NCBI GenBank assembly: GCA_002269645.1
Contig: NIVC01001337.1
Location: forward strand, 1 to 46,716
Reading direction: 5' to 3'
DNA length: 46,716 bases
Origin: Macrostomum lignano
Taxonomy: Eukaryota
The notes under the pieces are model-generated. The model did no database searches. It saw nothing but the letters and a program-made list of their open reading frames with translations, and had not been told where the DNA came from. Shown piece after piece: positions 26,162-38,349 of this stretch. Each line of letters begins with the position of its first letter. Position 1 is the stretch's first letter. A program made the translations under genes and the position numbers.

Positions 26162-26535
26162 TCTGAGAAATTCCCCTCTACCCCCAATTTGAGAAATTCC
26201 CCTCTACCCCAATCTGAGAAATTCCCCTCTACCCCCAATTTGAGAAATTCCCCTCTACCCCAATCTGAGAAATTCCCCTCTACCCCCAATTTGAGAAATT
26301 CCCCTCTACCCCCAATTTGAGAAATTCCCCTCTACCCCAATCTGAGAAATTCCCCTCTACCCCCAATTTGAGAAATTCCCCTCTACCCCAATCTGAGAAA
26401 TTCCCCTCTACCCCCAATTTGAGAAATTCCCCTCTACCCCAATCTGAGAAATTCCCCTCTACCCCCAATTTGAGAAATCCCCCTCTACCCCAATCTGAGA
26501 AATCCCCCTCTACCAGAATCTGAGAAATCCCCCTC
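26162..26535. repeat. 51-bp higher-order repeat of alternating 25/26-bp monomers (TGAGAAATTCCCCTCTACCCC(C)AAT(C/T))
   Basis: Monomers alternate in C-run length and final base, giving the 17-aa period in the ORF track. Confidence 0.92.
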
Positions 26536-26587
26536 AGAAAATCCCACAATCTCCTATACGTTTCCAGATATTTTACAATTTTCCTCG

Positions 26588-29500
26588 TCAGTTGACACGC
26601 AGGACAAAAGTGCCTTTCAGATGCAGCGGAGGCTGGGGCAGGCCCAGAGTGCAATGCTCTCCGGCCCTCGCATTCAGCCCACTATAAAAGACTTGCGGCA
26701 TCCAAGAAGGAGGTGTCAGCAACCAGACATACAAAAAGACATTCGGGTGCCGTAATCTAATATTAGTAATGCAACAGACGCCTTGCTGTGCTGTCGCTGA
26801 TATTTCAGTGATAAGTTTGAGTCCACCGATACAGACCCGCTGTATGGGAGCCAAGCATGACTGTCGACGGCAGTTCAGTTGAGGATTATGCTGTGTCATA
26901 GGCTGGTGCTAGCTGTGTCAGACAGGGCTCCGTCTGTGTTAGCTGAGGCTGGTGCTAGCTGTGTCAGACAGAGCTCCGTCTGTGTCAGCTGAGGCTGGTG
27001 CTAGCTGTGTCAGACAGAGCTCCGTCTGTGTCAGCTGAGGCTGGTGCTAGCTGTGTCAGACAGAGCCCTGTCTGTGTCAGCTGAGGCTGGTGCTAGCTGT
27101 GTCAGACAGAGCCCTGTCTGTGTCAGCTGAGGCTGGTGCTAGATGTGTCAGGCAGGGCTCCGTCTGTGTCAGCTGAGGCTGGTGCTAGCTGTGTCAGACA
27201 GAGCCCTGTCTGTGTCAGCTGAGGCTGGTGCTAGATGTGTCAGGCAGGGCTCCGTCTGTGTCAGCTGAGGCTGGTGCTAGATGTGTCAGGCAGGGCTCCG
27301 TCTGTGTCAGCTGAGGCTGGTGCTAGATGTGTCAGGCAGGGCTCCGTCTGTGTCAGCTGAGGCTGGTGCTAGCTGTGTCAGGCAGGGCTCCGTCTGTGTC
27401 AGCTGAGGCTGGTGCTAGCTGTGTCAGGCAGGGCTCCGTCTGTGTCAGCTGAGGCTGGTGCTAGCTGTGTCAGGCAGGGCTCCGTCTGTGTCAGCTGAGG
27501 CTGGTGCTAGCTGTGTCAGACAGAGCCCTGTCTGTGTCAGCTGAGGCTGGTGCTAGATGTATCAGGCAGGGCTCCGTCTGTGTCAGCTGAGGCTGGTGCT
27601 AGCTGTGTCAGGCAGGGCTCCGTCTGTGTCAGCTGAGGCTGGTGCTAGATGTGTCAGGCAGGGCTCCGTCTGTGTCAGCTGAGGCTGGTGCTAGCTGTGT
27701 CAGGCAGGGCTCCGTCTGTGTCAGCTGAGGCTGGTGCTAGCTGTGTCAGGCAGGGCTCCGTCTGTGTCAGCTGAGGCTGGTGCTAGCTGTGTCAGGCAGG
27801 GCTCCGTCTGTGTCAGCTGAGGCTGGTGCTAGCTGTGTCAGGCAGGGCTCCGTCTGTGTCAGCTGAGGCTGGTGCTAGCTGTGTCAGGCAGGGCTCCGTC
27901 TGTGTCAGCTGAGGCTGGTGCTAGCTGTGTCAGGCAGAGCTCCGTCTGTGTCAGCTGAGGCTGGTGCTAGCTGTGTCAGGCAGGGCTCCGTCTGTGTCAG
28001 CTGAGGCTGGTGCTAGCTGTGTCAGGCAGGGCTCCGTCTGTGTCAGCTGAGGCTGGTGCTAGCTGTGTCAGGCAGGGCTCCGTCTGTGTCAGCTGAGGCT
28101 GGTGCTAGCTGTGTCAGGCAGGGCTCCGTCTGTGTCAGCTGAGGCTGGTGCTAGCTGTGTCAGGCAGAGCTCCGTCTGTGTCAGCTGAGGCTGGTGCTAG
28201 CTGTGTCAGGCAGGGCTCCGTCTGTGTCAGCTGAGGCTGGTGCTAGATGTGTCAGGCAGGGCTCCGTCTGTGTCCGCTGAGGCTGGTGCTAGATGTGTCA
28301 GGCAGGGCTCCGTCTGTGTCAGCTGAGGCTGGTGCTAGATGTGTCAGGCAGGGCTCCGTCTGTGTCAGCTGAGGCTGGTGCTAGCTGTGTCAGGCAGAGC
28401 TCCGTCTGTGTCAGCTGAGGCTGGTGCTAGCTGTGTCAGGCAGGGCTCCGTCTGTGTCAGCTGAGGCTGGTGCTAGCTGTGTCAGGCAGGGCTCCGTCTG
28501 TGTCAGCTGAGGCTGGTGCTAGCTGTGTCAGGCAGGGCTCCGTCTGTGTCAGCTGAGGCTGGTGCTAGCTGTGTCAGGCAGGGCTCCGTCTGTGTCAGCT
28601 GAGGCTGGTGCTAGCTGTGTCAGGCAGAGCTCCGTCTGTGTCAGCTGAGGCTGGTGCTAGCTGTGTCAGGCAGGGCTCCGTCTGTGTCAGCTGAGGCTGG
28701 TGCTAGATGTGTCAGGCAGGGCTCCGTCTGTGTCAGCTGAGGCTGGTGCTAGATGTGTCAGGCAGGGCTCCGTCTGTGTCAGCTGAGGCTGGTGCTAGAT
28801 GTGTCAGGCAGGGCTCCGTCTGTGTCAGCTGAGGCTGGTGCTAGCTGTGTCAGGCAGGGCTCCGTCTGTGTCAGCTGAGGCTGGTGCTAGCTGTGTCAGG
28901 CAGAGCTCCGTCTGTGTCAGCTGAGGCTGGTGCTAGCTGTGTCAGGCAGAGCTCCGTCTGTGTCGTCCTCCTCACCATTTCGCGTCGGCCTGTAGAGTAA
29001 AAATTGAAAGCCCCCGCCCTGCTGGCTGCGTCGACCGCAGCCTCGTGAGCCCATTTGAGCATCCGCCCTTGAAACAGTACCTCATGACAGGTGTCAGTTC
29101 AAACAGTACCTCATGACAGGTGTCAGTTCAAACAGTACCTCATGACAAGTGTCAGTTCAAACAGTACCTCATGACAGGTGTTAGTTCAAACAGTACCTCA
29201 TGACAGGTGTCAGTTCAAACAGTACCTCATGACAGGTGTTAGTTCAAACAGTACCTCATGACAGGTGTCAGTTCAAACAGTTCCTCATGACAGGTGTCAG
29301 TTCAAACAGTACCTCATGACAGGTGTTAGTTCAAACAGTACCTCATGACAGGTGTCAGTTCAAACAGTACCTCATGACAGGTGTCAGTTCAAACAGTACC
29401 TCATGACAGGTGTCAGTTCAAACAGTACCTCATGACAGGTGTCAGTTCAAACAGTACCTCATGACAGGTGTCAGTTCAAACAGTTCCTCATGACAGGTGT

Positions 29501-30347
29501 CAGTTCAAACAGTACCTCATGACAGGTGTTAGTTCAAACAGTACCTCATGACAGGTGTCAGTTCAAACAGTACCTCATGACAGGTGTCAGTTCAAACAGT
29601 ACCTCATACAGGTACCTTAGTGTGATGGCGTACTGTAAGAATTGCTTGTGTGAGTGGGGCCGCGATGCGTCCACCTCGTCTGTTCACTGTCCCTGTCTGT
29701 TCACTGTCCCTGTCTGTTCACTGTCCCTGTCTGTTCACTGTCCCTGTCTGTTCACTGTCCCTGTCTGTTCACTGTCCCTGTCTGTTCACTGTCCCTGTCT
29801 GTTCACTGTCCCTGTCTGTTCACTGTCCCTGTCTGTTCACTGTCCCTGTCTGTTCACTGTCCTCGTCTGTTCACTGTCCCTGTCTGTTCACTGTCCCTGT
29901 CTGTTCACTGTCCCTGTCTGTTCACTGTCCCTGTCTGTTCACTGTCCCTGTCTGTTCACTGTCCCGGTCTGTTCACTGTCCCTGTTCCTCCTCTCCCTCC
30001 TTGCGTACACGGAGCCTCACGGGTCTGGGAGCAAGGAGGGTGCAACTGCGAGTTAAATATGTAGGAGAGCAGCTGGGCCTTACGATCTTGTTCAATACCA
30101 CAGATCGAGACTGTCTACAAAGCACAGGTACTTGCTTTAACTGCAGAGAGGCCAGGATTACAGTACAACATTTTACAGCGAGGCCCAGGCAAATTGAAGC
30201 AATTTGTGACAATCGAGCATTCTCGGCAGTAAAATTGCTTTCACCCCGAGTTCTACGCTGCTGCTGCTGCTGGGTGTCCCAGTACTGCAGCAGAAGCTGC
30301 ATGAAGCTGGCAGGCGGGTTTATTCCGCAGAGAATGGCGAAACCCAT
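26588..30347 (-). CDS. Tentative 4-exon orphan gene (30347-30021, 29632-29610, 29066-28976, 26890-26588), ~247 aa
   Basis: Three GT-AG junctions (CCC|GTGAGG, CCT|GTATGA, ATG|GTGAGG; TTACAG|, TTCAAG|, ACACAG|) keep one frame open (phases 0,2,0) from ATG to TGA. Codon bias is weak and no homology was recognised. Confidence 0.35.
26891..28964. repeat. 46-bp minisatellite (AGCTGAGGCTGGTGCTAGCTGTGTCAGGCAGGGCTCCGTCTGTGTC)
   Basis: About 45 highly homogeneous copies over ~2.07 kb. Confidence 0.98.
29071..29612. repeat. 29-bp minisatellite (AAACAGTACCTCATGACAGGTGTCAGTTC)
   Basis: About 18 copies. Confidence 0.97.
29678..29985. repeat. 17-bp minisatellite (CTGTTCACTGTCCCTGT)
   Basis: About 18 copies. 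Confidence 0.96.
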
Positions 30348-32028
30348 TAGCGAGAGGGAACCGAGCCCCAGTGTAAATCACAGGCACCGAGGCCGAAGTC
30401 GGTCAGCTGGCCTCGGCCTTTCAAGTTCCTCTCCAAATTGCCTTCTGTCAGGCTGCGGCCCGGCCTGTTTTCAAACTTTTACAGCGGCCTCCCGCAGCCG
30501 CGCGAGATTAAGATCGAAGGTCCGACCGACCTCTCCAGTCTGGAAAGGTCTGGGGGGCTGCGGCCGCCAAGGAGTCCTGCCTCTCACCTGAAGGGGGACG
30601 CGTCGCCGATTGCAAAGTCGAAAAGCGGCAGCTGCGCCGGTCTGTCCACCTACTGAGAGCCCCGTTCCCACGCCCGAAGAACAGCGGAGTGTTGCTTCAA
30701 ATTCTGCTCGATATTCGCTCCACTCAGAATAGAAATCAAGACATTTTTGGGGGTTTTGGCCTTTAAAAACTCGTTCGCGGATTTGGGAAGACTTTTGCTC
30801 ACCACAAATCAATAATGTTCAAGCATTGCGAGGAGTGAGGAATAGCTTGCAGTTCCCACTGAAGCTTTTGCATGCGGAGGGATTAGCAGACCTGAGCACA
30901 GAGAGCAGCTCTCAATTTCGTTTCCACCGAGGACGTTGCTCGTGTACTGGGCTGCTCAGCGAGGTCATGAGATCTGATTCCCCGGCACCTTCTGTTGATC
31001 TGGGCAGGGCCGACCGAAGAATCTCCTTGCTCCGCCAGTTTTGAGGCTCCTGTCCCAACTGTCCGCCCCGGGCGCCAGTCCAGCATTGATTTTTGCGAGA
31101 GAAGTGCGGCTGAGCCCGACTGCCTACTGGGCCTGGTCGCTAGGCATTGAAGTCCTTTTGAGTTATTCTTGTCCGGCCAGGCCAGGGCCAGCAGAGACCT
31201 GAATGAGTGCGTGACGGCTGCCCGACAGACGATGCACTCTGGGAGATTGCGGGCAGGGCAATTAATTCTATGATATTTCTCTAAGGGGAAGAGGGTCCTG
31301 GCATGCTGCTGGTCCGGCACTTGGAGGTGTTTTTCTTGCATGGGCTGACAGCTCAACACAGACCATGCAGAAGTCAGGTAAAGGATGCAGCATATCGAGC
31401 TGGTCCTGACTGATCCTGGTCTTCCGCTCCCGTCGGGTCGTTAACAAAGCAAAGCCAGATGCGAGCTGACAGGTGACAAACAGGGAGCCCCCAGAGTGAC
31501 ATTGCCTACTGAAAGGTCGCGGTCTTTGCTAAATAAATATTGTAGGTTTTAAAAATCCGAGCGTTTTAAAATATTGCTTTTACTCTGCGAGAAAAAGCAG
31601 AATACAGAACTTTCCTGGCCAAGTGAATTTACAACAAAGTAAATAAGGCGCTGCGCTTATTTTCGGTCAGCTTTCAGTTGAGGTTTAAAGTAACGCTTTG
31701 AAAATATTGCAATATAAACTCGGACTAGCGGCAATGGAGTGGTGAAAGTTCGTTCTGGCACAATGTCCAAATAGTCAGAAATGGTCGTCTTTGCGATTGT
31801 GTCCGCTGAAAGAATCTCGGTGCAAATGAACAGCGGCTGCTGCGCGTGAGAGGCTGAAGAAATGCACGGGATTCGGGCGAACGGCACACAGGGCATGATT
31901 AATGAGGAGGTGCAAGCAGATTTTACAGGTATTTGGTGCTGGGCAACGGGAAGCAAGCAGGGAAGCGGGAGGCGGGGCGAAATAAAGTCGCGAAGACTTC
32001 GATTCTTAAAACTTGATACAGCGATCGG

Positions 32029-34086
32029 CTACACACTGGACACCATGCCGATCTGCACCGCCCGCGGCCGCTTCACCGGGTCGCCGCCCGCCGAGCTGCA
32101 GCTCAGGGTGGAGGCCGACATTGTGATGCCGCTGTTCAGCCTGTTCTCTGTCGCCGCCGCCGCCGCTGCCGTCGCCACGCTGTTGCTGCCCGCCTCGTCG
32201 TCCTGCCCTACTTCAGCCGAATTTATGTCAGCCGGCGAGTTTCGCGTCACCTGCGGCGACGGCGGCGGCGGTAGCGGCGTCCTGCGGTTGTACTCAACCA
32301 GCCGAGTGACCTCCTCGTGAGGGGACAGCGCCCGCCGCAGCTGGCCATAGTAGTGTCCATTCTGGCGAACCGAGCGCTTGCGCCGGAAGATGGCGTCCAG
32401 TCCCAGAAAGTCAAGCAGCAGGTCGCAGAACTCGAACACGGTGATGAGAGAAGCGCCAACCCACAGGCCGACGCAGCCGCCGACGTCAGTGAGGAAGCGG
32501 CTCAGCGGGTACTCCTCGTCTTCGAGCATCTCGTCAGCAAACAGAGACGATGGAACGATCCGCAGGTACATGAAATTTCTTTCCACGAAATCTACGTTGA
32601 GAAGCTCAAACTGGCCGTTCGTCAGCACCTCTGAGATGTTCATCGGCTCTGTCGTGCTATTGAGTTTCAGGGCCTTGGATGCCAGGTCTGTCGTTCCGTA
32701 CTTTTTTAGCTCATCGCGTTCCATCATGCTCAGCAGTCTCAGCCAACCGCGGTGCGTTTTGCGCTCAATCACGGCTGGAAAATTCGCCTGACTGATCACA
32801 GTTGAATAGGTGGTGTGCTCGCACAGGTCTTTGTAGCACATCTTCAACGGGTTCGCCTCCTTTACCTGACGGTGCATTCGATTGGCGCAATCGCTGTCGT
32901 TAAAGTGCTGGTCGAACCACTTGAAATCCCGACAGAACGGATATTTTTCGTCGTCATACTTTAGCGGGTATTCGTGGCCGACGCACTTGCACTGCTGCTT
33001 GATGGCAGTCTGCGTGATGTTCTCCACGCAGTCGGTGCGCGTCTCTTTGTAGAAGCGTCTCTCGCCAGTTTCAACATCCACATAATCGTAAATGTCTCTG
33101 TGCGACTCGCACAACTTCAGCTTGCGCAGGTGCTGCTTGCGGGTCATGTGAAGGTCAACCTGGGCGTACTTGTCGAGTAGGAAGCTCTCGCCAATTTGCG
33201 GATAAGTCCCGGGTTCGTGCAGCATCAGAAGCACCCCACTGGGCATTCCGATGAGACCGTGTGCGTCCAGGTACTTGAACTCGTCCGGGTACTCGACTCC
33301 TTTGTACAGCAGGAGGAACAGGTCGGGCCGGAAGCCGCTGCTGAAGGCCTTCTTGTTGGATCGGCTGATGGCGTCGCGGCCCAGCTTGGTGATGTTGAGC
33401 TGATAGCAGGCTCCGTACGGCCAGCGACGGTGCGTGATCCAGGAGCTCGAGCAGCTGTCCTTGTGAGTGCCCATGTACCTGCAGTCTTGCACAAATATCT
33501 CGTGCGGGATGCTGTACAAGGTGATGTTTCTCTGCATGTACAGGTAGTCCGATATGTACACGCCCTTTATGACGCTAGTGAAGACGCCCCTTTTCCAGTT
33601 CTTCAGCTTTGCTGCTCGCTGCTTGTAGATTTTTTTATCCTGGTCGTATTGCTTAATGACTCTCAATAAATCTTCGTAGTGCTGCGAGTTCTTCGGTGGA
33701 AAGAAAATCGGGTTTATGTTGCAGACTGTGATGTCCGGAAACTTGAACGACAAGTGGTCGTGCTTGACGTTAGTGAGCACCGGTACTTGAATGTACTTCA
33801 CGGCGATGTGATACAGATTCGTGAGGAAGCCGCAGCTCGCCGCGCTGAAAATCAGCATCCAGAAGATTCGCCGCCTGGCGCTTCTGGCCTGCGCGATGTG
33901 ATTGAGGCCGTGGATGGTCGACCGCTTGGAGAACGCGAGCACCATCTGGCCGATCTGCTGAGCTGAGGTGGGTGACCTGGGCTGCAGGCAATCGCTGAAG
34001 GAGGTCGAGCCGGGGACACAGGGGCTGCTGTGATCGCCGCCACCGCTGCTGCGACCCTGTTTCAGCTGCTGTGTCTGGTTGGACAT
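32029..34086 (-). CDS. DEG/ENaC (ASIC/FaNaC superfamily) sodium channel subunit, intronless, 685 aa
   Basis: Pre-TM1 STIHGLNHI (HG motif), TM1 RRIFWMLIF, post-TM1 FPDITVCNINP, Cys-rich thumb domain, and TM2 FLTDVGGCVGLWVGASLITVFEF with a GAS filter. Confidence 0.95.
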   Translation of the reverse strand: MSNQTQQLKQGRSSGGGDHSSPCVPGSTSFSDCLQPRSPTSAQQIGQMVLAFSKRSTIHGLNHIAQARSARRRIFWMLIFSAASCGFLTNLYHIAVKYIQVPVLTNVKHDHLSFKFPDITVCNINPIFFPPKNSQHYEDLLRVIKQYDQDKKIYKQRAAKLKNWKRGVFTSVIKGVYISDYLYMQRNITLYSIPHEIFVQDCRYMGTHKDSCSSSWITHRRWPYGACYQLNITKLGRDAISRSNKKAFSSGFRPDLFLLLYKGVEYPDEFKYLDAHGLIGMPSGVLLMLHEPGTYPQIGESFLLDKYAQVDLHMTRKQHLRKLKLCESHRDIYDYVDVETGERRFYKETRTDCVENITQTAIKQQCKCVGHEYPLKYDDEKYPFCRDFKWFDQHFNDSDCANRMHRQVKEANPLKMCYKDLCEHTTYSTVISQANFPAVIERKTHRGWLRLLSMMERDELKKYGTTDLASKALKLNSTTEPMNISEVLTNGQFELLNVDFVERNFMYLRIVPSSLFADEMLEDEEYPLSRFLTDVGGCVGLWVGASLITVFEFCDLLLDFLGLDAIFRRKRSVRQNGHYYGQLRRALSPHEEVTRLVEYNRRTPLPPPPSPQVTRNSPADINSAEVGQDDEAGSNSVATAAAAAATENRLNSGITMSASTLSCSSAGGDPVKRPRAVQIGMVSSV

Positions 34087-35627
34087 TTCGGCACGGCTCG
34101 AGTTCCAAGCCAGTGTAGCACCAGGCTGAGCGGAGTGTGTCGCTCCTGCACCGTTGCTTCTGCAGTGAGCGCAGTTTCAATTGTGGCTGAGCAATACTGG
34201 GGCTTCTGCTTACAGTTGGTAATGTCGGACTTTTCGGTCCTGGTCTCAGTTCTATGCTGTCAGCGAGGGAACTTTCGGAAATGGAATACGAGAGACACGG
34301 AGAGGAAGTTTAGTGCAGACTGGCTGGGGATCGCCGCTAGCAGCCAATGACGGAAGTCCCTGGCGCTCATTGGGAATTCGCGCGCACCCAAAGTTCTCTG
34401 CGAAGGTCTGAGGGCGGTGTTGGCGACTTGTCAGATAGGATAGGCTCATCCCGGGCTTCACTTCCACTGGGCTGCCTCGGTGTTGCGGGCTTTGGAACAG
34501 CGAGTCGCGCTCCATCACAGAGGAAGCTGAGCCCCTGACTGTAGAAAGCAGCCGATGCGTGTCGCCCTGGCGCATGCAGAGACCTGGAACAGTGCCAGAA
34601 GACGCGTGACGACAATGCGGTTTGACTTTGGTAGAGCTGTAGTAGGTAGTGTGACCTACCTACCTAATTCTTGAAATTTAGCTGAGGCCTGCCATACCGT
34701 TCTTATCTTGACGCTTCATCATTTTGCATTTTCTCTTGCTGGTTGCATTCAAGATAACCCAGAAAGGACACTGAGCCGTGAGGACGAATCTGTCTGGTTC
34801 GCTGCTTGACCCAAAAGAAAAATGCCGCTGTTTGCTTTTGGAGCCTTGCAGCAATGAGACTGAAAGGGAAGCAGGCTCTGCCACCGCGAATGGAGAGCCA
34901 TTCGCGACTTCTTGAGTACCAACGTGTGCTCTCTCGGGCTCCAGAAAAGAAAGCAAACAAAAAACAACAAATTTATTTTTCCTAGGCTGAGGCTTAAGCG
35001 AATATGGACGAGCTGTCTCAGCTGCGCCAAGCAACCAGCCGGGTACTTTTGCCCCCCCCCCCAGAGGGAGTGAGAGAGCGTGAGGGCGAAAAATCCCCTC
35101 CCCAACCCACCCCTCTCGGAGCCTCCCGATACCCGCCGCCATAATTGACACTAATTTCACGACACCACGGCAGCCTCTGGCTGGCGCGACTCCACGGATT
35201 TCAATCTGAGGAAGGGGGTAGAGAGGCCAGAGGAGCCGGACTGGGATGGGGTAAGGGAAAAGAAGAAATGGATGGGATATTTTGATCCCAGGCGCCTTAA
35301 GTCTCGCGCGCCGGACAGAGCGGGGCGATAATGAAGGAGATTAGTAGTGGGAGGGCGCCAGCCTGATGAGGCGGCCCAGCGCTGACTTCCAGGCCTTGGC
35401 AAGCCAAGTTGTGGAAACTGCAAAGCTGCTGCAGGCTAAGGAGCTGCATTCATAATCCAGCAGCAGCTCGTGCCGCCTCCCGGCCGGTCCGGCACTCCCG
35501 CATCCTAGGGGATCAGGTTTCTCTTCCCGAACTCTCTCCGTGGTGTCTTGCTTTTTTGTTCCGCAGTGTCCGCCGCACTTGCGGCTGCGAGTTCGCAGCA
35601 AGCTTCGGTTGGCGACCGGCCGCTGAG

Positions 35628-36164
35628 CTGACTGACTGACTGACTGACTGACTGACTGACTGACTGACTGACTGACTGACTGACTGACTGACTGACTGAC
35701 TGACTGACTGACTGACTGACTGACTGACTGACTGACTGACTGACTGACTGACTGACTGACTGACTGACTGACTGACTGACTGACTGACTGACTGACTGAC
35801 TGACTGACTGACTGACTGACTGACTGACTGACTGACTGACTGACTGACTGACTGACTGACTGACTGACTGACTGACTGACTGACTGACTGACTGACTGAC
35901 TGACTGACTGACTGACTGACTGACTGACTGACTGACTGACTGACTGACTGACTGACTGACTGACTGACTGACTGACTGACTGACTGACTGACTGACTGAC
36001 TGACTGACTGACTGACTGACTGACTGACTGACTGACTGACTGACTGACTGACTGACTGACTGACTGACTGACTGACTGACTGACTGACTGACTGACTGAC
36101 TGACTGACTGACTGACTGACTGACTGACTGACTGACTGACTGACTGACTGACTGACTGACTGAC
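35628..36164. repeat. Perfect (ACTG)n microsatellite
   Basis: About 134 uninterrupted copies. Confidence 0.99.
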
Positions 36165-38256
36165 AGACTAAGAATGCGGCACAACTCAACAGGCAGCACT
36201 GCAGTCTGTCCCGTGTTGATGCGCCCGCCAAATGCAATAACCGGCCCCAGCAGAACCTTTTAATCGGATAAAGCGAGCCGCAGGCCTGGGCTGGAGAATT
36301 ATTAATTAGTAAAAATTTAACTGAAACTGCGGCTTCGCTCAGAGAGACCAACGCATGCGTGGTCGCGGTGGAAAAAAAGTTTGATCCCAGCCAGGCAGAA
36401 CTTGGGAATTTCTCCCTATCTGTCTGCTTCGGTCCCCCTTCCCATGACCGCCCGGCCAGCCCTCCATTCTGCCGTCGGGAGCTGTCCCACAGTTTTTCTG
36501 CTTCAACCTTCTATCTGTCCTGCGGCCTCCACAGCAGCAAAAAGCTCTCGAAGCTCCGAGACCCAAGCGTCCGCCAGCCCCCCCCCCCCCCACTGATCTC
36601 CAGACCGTCCGGCATTGAGAACGGGAACACATGCTTCCGCGCCGAGTCCCAGCCGCTTCAACGACTCGCTTGAGTCGGTGACCATAAGTGCAGCACGGCT
36701 GGTCGACAGAGGCTAGAGGGCGCGGACGACCCAGTCGGGGCGAATGAGTACCTTCAATCAAACCCTTGCCCGGGATCGGCAGCCGCCAAGTGTTTCCAAG
36801 GCTTATAGCGTGAGGCCGGGGATCACGGCTTTAGAAATTCTGCTCCTGCGCAACAAGAAGACTCCCTAACCTCTCCTATTGCTTTTGTCAAGAATTCTTC
36901 GGGCCGATCAAGGCACTTAGGCACCTTGTGTGCTGCCCTATCCCGAGCGATCGCCCCAATACCTTTCGGTGAAATTGCATGCGGCATTGCCAGCCGCTCC
37001 CGCAGTCCGTGGGCTGCTCAAAACCTTCTTGCCACTCTCTTAAAAATTTGTTTGCAAAATCTGACGCCGCAACAGGAGAGCGCGTGTTGCTGCCTCTCTG
37101 CATTGTCTCCGAGAGGATTTTCTCTCGATTCTCGGGATCAGCATAGATCGAGAAAGGCATTTTTTCCGCTGCAGCCGGGCCAAAAGGGAATTTATCCCCG
37201 GTTGCTGCCTGCATGCCGTGTATCCCGCCCGTGCACGCAATCTCCCTTGCCGCTGTCCGCGAAATATTTTCAAGTCCAAAGAGAACTGGTCAAAACAGTG
37301 AGCGATGCATCTCCTCCCAACTTTGCTGCTGCGCACTTCAGCGGTTGAACTCCCAGCTTGATGAGCGATTCGGTTCGCCCCCCAACCCTGCCCGCCGCGC
37401 TGCAGTCCCGATTCGGAAGATCGTATAAATAGAAGCGGTCACCAGCGGCGGGCGCTCGGTCCTGCGCGTTCATCATGCCCGGAGCTTCTGTCAAAGCTGC
37501 AGACGTTCGGCAGACAAAAAACGCTTTAAAAATTGCCTCGCCGACAATGGAATGCCTGAATTGTTTGTCGCACATGCAGCTAGTGCGCCTTTCTCGCATC
37601 CTCGCGCAAACAGATTGGCTATGCTGCATGGTATAACAAATTCCTATTGGTAAGATACAGTCCCAGTTGTGTAGGCATGGGTTTCGCATGCTGCAGAAGC
37701 TCTTCTGGGGGCATCCATCAATGAGGGTGTGTACACTGATACTGCAGAAACCTGGTGTTGCTTTCTGCGTGAAACTGAACGAATACCCCCGTTGGACAAG
37801 CACCTAATTGCACTGTTCAGCTACCGTGTCTGCATGGATACTCGTTTAAAATTAAGTACTCGCATTTGACAATATGAGGAAATGCCAGCGAGGAACTTAA
37901 AAATAATTAACACGGTTATTTGGTCACATTGTCATCTATACATTTCATCTATACATGTATACATGTATATATATTGTGTTGTGGCATGGCCGTTTAATCG
38001 ATCGTAAATATATTACCCGGCTCTTGCGCTACTCACTAATGCACCGACGTTGTAAGGCAGCAGGCTGTGTGGCCGTTGGCGCTTATTGTTATACTTGTAC
38101 GATCGCGTAGATCGAATTGACGGGCGAGGTCGCCGCAATGTCAACAACCTGCCCGCTGCGCCCCACACATCTCCTTATGTGGGTCCACTGACTTTTAGCC
38201 CTATAGAGTCTCCGACCCACGATCAGTTCAAGCCAAGTCTAAAATTACACGAAAAA

Positions 38257-38349
38257 CCAATAGCCAATCAGAGGGCAAAGGAGGGTACAAGCAGCTGGAC
38301 GCAGACAGCTTTGGGCGGGTCAGCCAATCACAGCAGAGTTAGGGGGCGG
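38257..38349. promoter_or_regulatory. Cluster of CCAAT and GC boxes (promoter-like)
   Basis: CCAAT at 38257, 38264 and 38324 (two in AGCCAATCA context); GGGCGG at 38313 and 38344. Target gene and direction unknown. Confidence 0.4.

Noticed and set aside
26891-29612. CRISPR-like regular repeats (46-bp and 29-bp arrays)
   Set aside because: Head-to-tail units with no unique spacers, no cas genes and a eukaryotic context.
30380-30440. Kinase-like GQLTDFGLG on the minus strand
   Set aside because: No HRD, VAIK or APE motifs nearby in frame; bounded by stops.
35341-36351. 336-aa and 228-aa SQSV-repeat ORFs
   Set aside because: Translation of (CAGT)n.
36600-36670. GIENGNTCF resembling a USP Cys-box
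   Set aside because: Spacing is one residue short of GLxNxGNTC, and no His-box or other USP motifs were found.
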